Assembly (NCBI GenBank): GCA_964247055.1
Contig: OZ176054.1
Coordinates: 8,308,001 to 8,372,000, forward strand
Length of the DNA: 64,000 nucleotides
Direction: 5' to 3'
Origin: Paragordius varius
Lineage: Eukaryota; Animalia; Nematomorpha
The notes under the pieces are model-generated. The model did not search any database. It was given only the letters and a program-made list of their open reading frames with translations, and had not been told where the DNA came from. Positions 49,101 to 59,117 of this stretch are shown piece after piece. Positions within the stretch are counted from its first letter, which is position 1; every line of letters begins with the position of its first letter. The position numbers were made by a program, and so were the translations under genes.

Positions 49101-49636
49101 CATAAATTTTCAATCAAAAATTAAAATGACCACCTCTCTTTGTCTAAAGATGAAATTTAAAAATATTAGGTACTAACTATTACAATCTTCCAGATATTTT
49201 ATGGATTAAAAGCTTATATATCTAAATGGTGTATTATAAAATACTAGAGTTAAATGTTCAATTAAATGGCCTAATATTAGTGCAGGCTTAGGTTATACGG
49301 TAAATAGTCAAATTAGATGGGTTGGTTAGGAACATAAAGGCATCACAAAAATATTAAATTTCAGGATATATTGAATAAAATCGTTTAAATCATTGGAGAA
49401 ATCGCAGTTTCCTACGATTTTACGGATTCTATATCTATTTTTCGAAATAAATTTTCACATTTACATAAATTTCAATCAACGCCACCCAAAAAAATTAAAA
49501 AAGCCAAATCTTTCATTACATTTATTTAATCCAATCCAAAAAAAATAACATTTTTATGGTAACTGTTAAAAAAACCTTTTCTTAATAATTATAAATAAAT
49601 GGCAATCTTTAATATCTTGAAGCATGGTGGCAACGT

Positions 49637-50778
49637 ATGAAACGTCCCTTCACTGTAGAATATGAAAAGCCAGATGCTAACAATCATCCAATCTTAACAT
49701 TACCGACCGTTATATCACATACGGGTTTGACTACATTTGTTGGTATGTATACTTGGACTTTTTACAACAATATCAAGGTTTATAAGCAACGTTTTTTGGA
49801 TCGGAATCAAGTTACGTTGTATGAGAGCAATATTCAAGCCAAACGCAAAATGATGGATAATGCTATCTATGAATGTAGCCAATACTGTATAAAACAAGCC
49901 CTTAAACCGACCGCTTTTTCAGGTGTCTCTTACTTGAATTTGATACTTTTTATTATAATTTGTTTTGGTTTTATATCATGGAACGTTCACAACGGTGTCT
50001 ATTATATAATGATTATATTTCACACACCATTTTTTATAATAGCAAGAATTCAAATGACGTGGGTTAAATGATTCTCTTTAGTTGTGTGTATTTATTAATT
50101 CTATATTCTTTAAGGGACACCCAAAATTTCGTTTTATATGCTCTTTATATAAAAATCTTTAAATGAATAATTTATTAATAAATTTTTGTGAAAATATTGA
50201 TTCCAAAGTAAAGTAAATAATCTATAATAAGTTTTTCTGCTATAAACTATTAAATAAGTAACAAAATATCCATTTAAATTATAAGTCCACCCTTGATCAA
50301 TTCAAATTCACCCTTGAACAATTCAAATTCACCCTAAAATAAATTATGTGTTTTTTAAGATTAAAAATTACCTTTATTTTATAATACAGTTATAATATGA
50401 AATTCTGTTGAAAATTATAGGCTGAAAAAATAATAAACTATCTCGTAAAAATATATTTCATATTAATGAATGAGTTTATCCCGGAAATTGTTCGAGGGTG
50501 AATTTGAATCGTAAATGGTAGGAAATATTTTTGTAAACTTTTACATTCATTTTATGCATTTAGTGTCTTTTTTGATGGGTACTTTTGCAATTAGTGGATT
50601 ACGGGAAAAGTACACAGCCTCAAATTTTGCTTGTGGCGCTGGTCTAACGGCTGCGTTATATCGCATTAATTACGGGATTCGAGGTATGATCGCTTCTGGT
50701 TTATTAGGAGCCATTCTGGGATATGCTGCGGGTGGTATCGTTTTAGTAACGCTAAAAATGAATGGAACATCACTAGAG
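49637..50778 (+). CDS. TIMMDC1: Complex I assembly factor TIMMDC1 (Tim17 family); termini uncertain
   Basis: Exons 49637-49922 and 50564-50778 join in phase 1. KQRFLDRNQVTLYE...AK and NFACGAGLTAALYRINYGIRGMIASGLLGAILG match TIMMDC1. Confidence 0.8.
50287..50509 (+). mobile_element. MITE in the TIMMDC1 intron
   Basis: ATTCAAATTCACCCTTGAACAAT (50300-50322) is the near-perfect inverse of 50487-50509. A second copy lies at 29616-29833. Confidence 0.7.
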
Positions 50779-50829
50779 GTAGTACTCCTTTATTCATAAT
50801 ATGTCAGCCAAAAAAATCGATCGTCATAT

Positions 50830-51240
50830 GTTTGTTTATATGGATAATCTGGTCTCTGTAATTTTTATTAAAGGGTGTGTGATGTAGAAGACATCATTAG
50901 GTTTATTGCATACAAGATATCAAATTATGTATTGGTTTTACCCAGTCTTAATAGGCGTTATTTATTAAAAAAACGAAGGAGTTTATTTAAGCACATATTG
51001 TAAAGGATTTTGGCTGCAGTATAAAAATTATGCGTCGTTTTTTGAAACTTTTTCGTTGTTGGGTAAATTCATAAATATATGGGTCGAAATATATTGTTAC
51101 ACTTGTAAAGAGGAAGTTATGTGCAATCAAAATTTTTGATATCTACATTCGGCAATTCTATTGTTTGCTCCTATGGCAGAGTTCGATGCATATAGTTTGA
51201 TGCTTGCCCAAATGTTTATTTATTTAATATTGAGTTTTTG
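50830..51240 (-). pseudogene. Degenerate LINE RT fragment
   Basis: AAKILYNMCLNKLLRFFNK.RLL resembles RT subdomain 2 (SKILE....RL..F....LL); disrupted. Confidence 0.35.
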
Positions 51241-51576
51241 ATAGCTTTCTCAGGTTTGATCCAAAGAAGGCTGTCATAATATAGCCACAGGAGCGTTTGC
51301 GGCGCCCGGGCATAATACTATGGCGCCCCCTCCCACCCTTCTCTTTTTAAAAGCCAATAAAACAATTTAGTAAAAAAATATAAACTTTACAACCTAAACA
51401 CCATAGATAAGACAGCACAGTCATATAAAATCTATTAAATATATATATATATATATAAAACTAAATTTATTCATATTCAAATACATACATGTAAATATTC
51501 TAATAAATTCTATAACATATGGAACTTATAAATATTAAAATAACACACATTGATTTTCGTTGCATATATTGAACAA

Positions 51577-52850
51577 TGGCATTAATTGCTTAAATTCAAG
51601 CACTCCATCGGGTTTCAGACTCACTACCAGTTTTTTTATAATAGGTCCCATCTAATAATTGAACGCGAAAAAAAGATAGATATTTTCCACTTTTCCGAAA
51701 CAGGTCACAACAATAACATCTTTTTTTGCTACCGTGACTCCTACCAAATTCAAGGAATGATTGTCACAGTTGACAATTATTGTTCTTTTATTTTTTCCAG
51801 AATTCTTTGTTGAACGCCTGAAATGTGAACGCACATTACAACTGCATTATCATAGCATTGGGATCTACAATATAATAACTGAATATTATCCATATTTTGA
51901 TTTTCTAGAATTACCTTTTCAATTGATATTGCATCTTTGTTGAATAACTGAAAAAAATCCAAAAAGGATTCTTTTATGACAACTTTCTTTTTCTCATAAT
52001 CAATAAACACATACCTCACATCTTGAGAAATTTGTTCTCGGTGGGTTAATATCTGGCGTTGAATCAAATATAAGTCCATAATATTTACTTTTTTTATGTC
52101 ATCGATCTATTTAACTTTATATCTTGAAGATAAAAGATGTATAAACTCCTTTTGGATTTTGGGTGAAACTTAGGATCTAGTGTTAAGAGATTTAATGTTT
52201 CTCATGTGTTCTCCCATTATTGGGTCAAACTGAGCTACAAGTTTTAGTATAGATAAGAAGTATACAGGATTTGGTGCTGAATCATCTAGATACATTAAAC
52301 TTTCAACATTTCTTTGAAAAAAGAGATTTTGAATGATTAGAAATCTCATGCTGACCAATATTCGAAGTAAAATATTTCGCCATCGATATGTGCGCTTCTA
52401 GAGCATCAATTCCTGTTTTATTTATCAATCTTCTTTCTGCCTTTTTTTAAGCAGTAAATGCATTCCGATGATTGAGGCTATTTTCATGATGGATTAATTT
52501 ATTTTTTCTTCTTATTAAAACCATGCGTAGTTATAAAAGATGATAGTAAAGAATTAGATCGATCAAAAAGTAGGCAACAAAAACAATACGCAGATCTGTT
52601 CTTTGGTCAATATAAAAGCCAAGACCTCTCAACTTCAAATCCTTCTTTTTTACCGACGCGTTGAAACCAAGATTGGGGCATTGGACGATAATTTTTTGTT
52701 TCAAGAGATTGCATTTATTTTACAATCCTTTAGATCCACGAATAATCATTTCTGTGCGAAGTTGATTATAAGATATAGTAAATTTTAAAAAGACGACGTC
52801 ATTAAACTCTATAGGTATACGCTTGGAATTACTAAGGGTATATTTGTAGT
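51577..52850 (-). mobile_element. Degenerate hAT transposase (Tip100/ZMYM1-like), N-terminal half
   Basis: TTF zinc finger (ERSWLLY...AYCFCCLLF...HENS), REQISQDVRYV, KESFL, CRSQCYDNA.VM and NCDNHSLNL; many stops. Confidence 0.8.
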
Positions 52851-53059
52851 TTTCTCATCTCTATTTATTGAATCAATTACTAGGGTTTCAGGTGTATTTA
52901 AGCTATTATTATTAAAGGGGCACCGTTATGTTTATGTAGCATACACTTTTTTCAATGTTATGGTCAGATATTTTCGTTAAATAATATTTCATACTCATTC
53001 ACATTTTATTTGTTTTATTCTCTTCTTGGATTCGTTTCCTGCTTGCGTAACCGCTGAGT

Positions 53060-54530
53060 TTAGGCCTTATCTGATGAAAATGAAAGTGATGACTCAGTAC
53101 CAAATCCTGGAAACCTCTTATCTTTACTAAAACTTGTAGCTCAGTTTGACCCAATAATGGGAGAACACGTGAGAAACATTGAATCCCCTAACACTTTATC
53201 CTATGCTTCACCCAAAATCCATAACGAGCTTATACATCTTTTATCTTCAAGGTATAAAGTTAAATAGATCGATGACATAAAAAAAATAAATATTATGGAC
53301 TTATATTTGATTCAACGCCAGATTTAACCCACCGAGGACAAATTTATCAAGTTGTAAGGCATGTGTTTATTGATTATGAGAAAAAGAAAAGTGTCATAAA
53401 AGAATTCTTTTTGGGTTTTTTCAGTTGTTTCACAAAGATGCAATGTCAATTGAAAAGGTAATTTTAGAAAATCAAAATATGGATACTATTCAGTTATCAT
53501 ATTGTAGATCCCAATGCTATGATAATGCAGCTGTAATGTCGGTTCACATTTCAGGCGTTCAACAAAGAATTCTGGAAAAAAATAAAAGAGTAATATTTGT
53601 CAACTGTGACAATCATTCCTTGAATTTAGTAAGAGTTATGGTAGCAAAACAAGATGTTATTGTTGTGACCTGTTTCAGAATAACTAAAAATATCTATCTT
53701 TTTTTCACGTTCAACTATTACTTGGGACCTATAAAAAATAAACTAAAAAAACTGTTAAGCGTAATGACGTGATGGAGTTCTAGATTTCAAGCAGTTAATG
53801 CCATTGTTGAGGGAATGAATGATTTGATAGAGCTATTTGAAGATTTAAGTAAAAATACTTTAAATATTAGTGAAACAAGAAGTGAGACATCCGTTTTAGT
53901 TCAGAGTGTTTTAAATTTCAATTTTTCAACATTAATTTTTTTCTGGCACCAAATACTTAGAAGAATCGATAGGGTTCAACATAGATTGTAAATCCTAAAA
54001 TAAATTTTAATGAAGCATTTAAGGACCTTGAATCCTTAACTATTGAAAGATATTCGGAATCAACTTTGCTTGAAAGCTATAAAAAAAGCTAAAATTATAT
54101 GTGAAAACTGGAATGTTTCTATCTACATCTATATCAACCCGTACTAGAAAGCCAAAATTAAAAAATAATTGTAAATCTAAAGGCGAATTTTACAATAAAG
54201 ATTTTAATGGAACAGATCTTTTTATAGAAATTTGTGATTGTAGCATGTTACTCTTAAGTCGAAAAGATGTCGAACCTAAAAATCCGTTAATTCTTAACCT
54301 TTAAAATTTGATACGGCGTAGATGTGTTTCGCAAGTGTTGCACTTCAAATACTTTAAGCTCTTTCAACATCAGTCGCTAGTTGTGAAAGGTCATTTAGCA
54401 AATTGATATTAATTTTCACATATATGCGATCGACGATGGGTTAAAATCGTTTGAATATTTAACATTATTGAATGTGGAAAAAAAATTAATATGATAGATT
54501 TTAATGATAATTGTGGATAATTTTGCAATA
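53060..54530 (+). mobile_element. Degenerate hAT transposase (same family), middle to C-terminal dimerisation domain
   Basis: CRSQCYDNAAVM, FVNCDNHSLNL, TWSSRF and SVASCERSFSKL...MRSTMG. 53085-53800 is an inverted paralog of 51577-52310. Confidence 0.8.
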
Positions 54531-54763
54531 TCAAAAGCCAGAAAAATTTTTACTTACAAGAAATTTATATACTTAATATTTTACGGATTAAATAAATTGC
54601 ATTACATATATTGACATATAATTTAATTCCGTTAAAATCTGTATTGGAAAATTTGACTAGTTACAATTATTTTTTAAATCATTATGATTCCCCCCTATCA
54701 TAAGATCAATTCAATATAAGCAACGAAAATCAATGTGTGTTATTGTTATTTTTATACATATAA

Positions 54764-56166
54764 CTAGCGTAAATCTCGGGCTGCGTAGCAGCCCGAGGAA
54801 GTCCTTTGAAGTTCTTGGGGGGAGGAGCAAATTTTTTTGCCTTTATACGTGATCTGCACATCTATTAAATTTATTATGACGAAAAATAGTCTCAAAAACA
54901 TATTGTTGAGCGAGTTTAATAGTATAAAGGCCCCACGGACACCAAATTTAACAATGTTAACAAAAAAATTATTTATTTAGCAATGATCTTGTTATTAACA
55001 TAAACAATTATTGGGGGAATTGTGCAAAAAAACTTTTTTTTTACATCAGGCATATAAATAATAAAAAGGACATGTATAATTTTGTCCATATGGAATAAAG
55101 AGGTATGGCACATAATATTTTCATAACGCATATTTAGTGGCAATTTAACAGCAAAATGAGCCGTCCTACCGCCCTGTAATAAGTTAGCAGCTATCCCAAA
55201 AGAACCTATAGCCAAAGCTATATTTTTTACCTCTGACAGTTGCCAATATAAGCTTCAAAAATGTTTTACTGGTCCCCCTGGTGTATCAAAAAATATATCC
55301 CACCAACATTATTAAAGATATCCCTCATAAGACGGGGCAGTTTTGTGGGTATTTCCTTACCCAGGAGCCAATATAAAAAAACGCACGACTAAAATTTTTG
55401 CCTTTCCTGGAATCATGATTGATTCCATATGCTCTCATTAGTTTTTGGAAAAATTGCCTCAAAACTAAAAAAGCATTCTATGGTGGCGCAATATGTAGGG
55501 CGTGAAGGGCCTAATAACCCCTAATTTTAAAAAACCGCACGATCTAAATTTTTGCCTTGTTCGGGTAATATTTTAAGCAGCTATTTAACTCATATGGCCT
55601 GAGAGGTTTTTTGAAATTTCGCCCCAAAGGCACACTATTACGATATGACGGGCCAGTTTTTGCGGGTATCTCCTTACCCGGCAGCCAATATAAAAAAACG
55701 CACGACTAAAATTTTTGCCTTTTAACAGGAAATGCCTGGAATCCTCATTGATATTTAACGGTCTCATAGCTTTGGATGAAAAATAGATTCAAACAATTAT
55801 TTTTGTGGACAATTGTTTTGGAAAAAATGGCATTTTACGGCGGGTAAAAAGAGGGCCTAAATTAAAAAAGCGAGCCGATTATGTTCGGCGCATTCGAAAA
55901 TAAGTAAATTAATCATATATGAAATCGAATGGTTTAACACGTTTTCCGGAAAATTGTCTCAAACACACAATTTTTGTGGACTTATGTTTCAAAAAAAACC
56001 CGTTTTTTACATGGGGTGGCCCGAACTGGGGGCCTAATTTAAAAAGGGCGAAGCTATTGTCGGGGCATTCATTAATGATTATATTTTTTCGACATTTGGA
56101 TTTGATGGGTCTACCGGGTTTCCGGAAACAGATCCAAAGCCAGAACCATTTTTATAAATATATAGA
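54764..56166 (-). mobile_element. Non-autonomous Helitron (1403 bp) carrying a PIF1 helicase remnant
   Basis: 5' A|TCTATATATTTATAAAAATGG at 56166; perfect hairpin CTCGGGCTGC-TAC-GCAGCCCGAG followed by CTAG|T at 54764. 55130-55292 encodes D.PGG..KTFL and GIAANLLQGGRTAH...KLPLN. Confidence 0.92.
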
Positions 56167-56310
56167 TTGGTAATATTTAATAACTACCAAAAAAGCCTTT
56201 AATTTTTACCAATTTTTTTAATTAAAGTGCGAAAGTAAATATATTGAGTAAAATTTATTTATAATTAGGATATTATCCCAATATCACAAAAAACAACCAA
56301 AGATATAGAG

Positions 56311-56780
56311 CTAAACACTGGGTGAAGCCACTGGCATGATTGGAAGATTCAATGGGTTATGTGATAAACTTGCATGTGGTCCTAATAATATCTAAAACAT
56401 TAAATATATATCACTTGTCTTTGATTAATTATTTGAGCAATTTTCATTTGCCTGATCATAAATATGACGGATACAGGAACAATTAAAAATGTTGCTGAAC
56501 TAAATATTACCCATAGGCCTTGTCTACTGAACCAAAACAAACCCTTGCATGAAAAATACAATTTTTTAGCAGACACACCAAAAAGATTTCTTATTGGTTC
56601 CGGTAGCATTTCGGTTAGGCCAATTAATCTCTCACCTAAACTTTCATCCTCCTAAAATATACCAAAACTAACCTCCTCAGAACTTTCAATCATTAGAGGT
56701 TCGGGAGTAGGAAACGTAGGATTTGAAGTATGAGGTATAAATCCAAAATCTCCGCGATCCATAAAAAATTCATCGGCCAT
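56311..56780 (-). CDS. TOMM22: Mitochondrial import receptor TOM22, 141 aa, introns of 21 and 23 nt
   Basis: Exons 56780-56673, 56651-56415 and 56391-56311 give EDESLGERLIGLTEMLPE...FSRQGLWV...LIVPV...QRQILLGP. Confidence 0.92.
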
Positions 56781-56850
56781 CCTGTTTTTGTTTTAATTAA
56801 TATCAAGCAAGTAGTAGGTATGCGCGCGTGCTAAACAATGTGCAGCGATA
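56781..56850. promoter_or_regulatory. Putative bidirectional promoter TOM22 / myosin-I tail gene (70 bp between ATGs)
   Basis: Divergent ATGs at 56780 and 56851; GC/CpG-rich patch TGCGCGCGTG. The start of the plus-strand gene is uncertain. Confidence 0.3.
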
Positions 56851-57693
56851 ATGTACCTTTTATCCGAACATGAAGTATTTTTAGTAATAAAATTGAAGTT
56901 GTCCGCAATAGTTTTTCTTCAGAAAGCTATACGGAATTATTGGGTAAGAAAATATTTATGTGAACTAATCAAAGCCCTACCCACACAGTCTCCCATAGAC
57001 TCCCGATGGCCCATTTGTCCAAAACACCTTGAACCCTTAAATAATTTGATTAAATGCATTTATCATAAATGGAGAGTTTGCATTATGTTTTATAATATAG
57101 TGCTATAAATATCGGAAAAAACTTAATACACAACTCCGTGCTAAATTACACGAAAAGTCAGTTGCGAGCTCATTGTTTAAAAATAAAAAAAGCAGCTATT
57201 TTTTGAGGTTTTTACCAATCATATTTAAAGTATAGGACATGAATTCATAGGAGATTATATTAAACTTAGATTGAATCCGAAATGGCAAAAAATAATTGAT
57301 GAAAATTTGGAACATTATATTGTTTTTGCAGATTTAATTTTCAAAATAAATAAAAAAGATGGGCATGTAATTAAATTTTAATTTTAGGCAATACAAAAAC
57401 TTTTAGTACTTACTACTAAAGGTTTGTTTATATTGGAACCAAAGACGTTAGATTTAAGTTATTCGTTTCTCAGTTCAGAAATATATCAAATCAATTTATC
57501 ACCATATTATGATGGACTTATTGCATTTAATATGAAAGTATTATAAATTGATACAAATTAGATGGATACTTTCAAACATGCAAAAGATTATATATTATAC
57601 AGCTCTCATGCCATTGAATTATCCACTAAAATATATTTACTTTCATTAAATTATAATGAACTTCCTATCATTGTTAACGTGAATGCAAGGTAA
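56851..57693 (+). CDS. Myosin-I tail protein (IQ-like + TH1 domain), ~249 aa, four tiny introns; no motor domain in the window
   Basis: Exons 56851-57075, 57101-57207, 57231-57366, 57388-57537 and 57562-57693 give SPIDSRWP, KWRCYKYR, EKSVASSLFKNKK, IGHEFIGDY, KINKKDG, DGLIAF and SHAIELSTKIY, colinear with the Myo1A/B-type TH1 domain. Confidence 0.85.
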
Positions 57694-58738
57694 AGGTGAT
57701 TTTCCATTGTTTTGATATTACAATGCATTAACACTTATGACATTTTCATTTTTTCTACGCGATTTTTTGGGTTAGTTTTCTACCCTAGATAAAGTAGTAT
57801 AGAAACTACTCTTTTGAAAGTTGTTTTGGTTAAAATTGTATAATCAAACTATCTTCTCATACTTATAATTTGCAAGTTTTTGACTTTAAAAGTATCGAAT
57901 TCAGATAGATAAAAACAGGATTGAAAGGAACAGCTAATATTATTGATAAAAATCAAAAATTTGCTGATAAATTGTAATTTTAAAGCTTTCTAAAGTTATA
58001 TTTATATTTTTCAACCATAATATACATTAAATTTTTATTGTATTCGCGATTCAATAAATTTGAAGAAAAAAAACGGCGAAAAAGTGTAAGATGGTTTTAC
58101 ATTTCTTAAAAAAATGGAACATGCGCCTAAAAGGTTAAAGAAAGCATATTTTTAAATTTAAATTGATGATAAAAAAAATTTTTAAGTTATTTAGTTTATA
58201 TATGGCCCTGCGATATAACACTTCAAACATGAGAAATTGATATAATTACATTAGCCCTGAAAAGGGGCTTCTATAGGTAAATACCGTCCATAAATTTTGC
58301 GTAGATTATCATACGCTTATACAATTTATATTACGGCTGATGACGAGGATAATGAGTTTTTATTTTTCATAATCGTACCCATATAACAACGTATTAATTA
58401 TTCCAAAGCACATATGGTTTTACCTACTTAAAGTATTCTAAAAGATCACATTTCATTATAAGTTTTATGGAACAAGCGGATGTAATTAAAAATGTTTTTA
58501 CTAAAAAAACCGCATCATGCGTAGGCGCAAATTTCTTCCTGTTACATGCAAAAATGTGTGGTGTTCATAAACTTCTTTTTAGCGTAGCTGTGGATGATTT
58601 GGTAAAAAATACATGATCCCACATTATGATTTAAATTAAGACATAGTACGTTAATATAATATTTAAATAATGTCAAAATTGACAAATTATAACGCATAAA
58701 AAACTTTATCAAAGCATTAGTTTTTAGCCCATAACGCA

Positions 58739-58777
<39 letters not shown>

Positions 58778-58789
58778 TATATATTACAG

Positions 58790-59117
58790 TTTTTCTGTAA
58801 CCAATCGAAATGACACCATGTACATTAATGTTGTATCTAACCAGCCATCATATTTGCATCATGAATCAGATATGTCGTCAATATACTCTGATGCCACAAA
58901 TAATTATACAAATTATAATGCAAATTTTGTTTTGCCTTCCACCAATACACCAACACTAACGAATACTTGTGAGAATATTTGCAGAGAAGGCACGTGTATC
59001 AATTATTTGGCAAGTTCACAACCTTATGACACACAGCAAGTCACTTATAAAAATTTAAGTTTAATGTTCCCGGTCATTAAGAAACCGTCTTCCAATCATA
59101 TGTTAATTATTGTATAA
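58790..59117 (+). CDS. Ser/Thr/Asn/Tyr-rich ORF, possibly a terminal exon of an unidentified gene
   Basis: Acceptor-like TTACAG at ~58789 followed by an open frame of ~108 codons; no motif recognised. Confidence 0.25.

Noticed and set aside
49635-49658. 24-nt GT-AG candidate intron at the TIMMDC1 start
   Set aside because: Splicing leads to a stop within 13 codons; the unspliced frame (WWQRMKRPF) fits the homolog pattern.
50287-50335. CRISPR-like direct repeats
   Set aside because: Adjacent 22-bp units without spacers, in eukaryotic context, forming a MITE terminus.
2174-56780. Functional cluster of mitochondrial genes (SIRT4, TIMMDC1, TOM22)
   Set aside because: Widely spaced among unrelated genes; no evidence beyond chance.
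58250-58739. Possible Penelope RT remnant on the minus strand
   Set aside because: Only vague resemblance (YAKFMDGIY); insufficient support.
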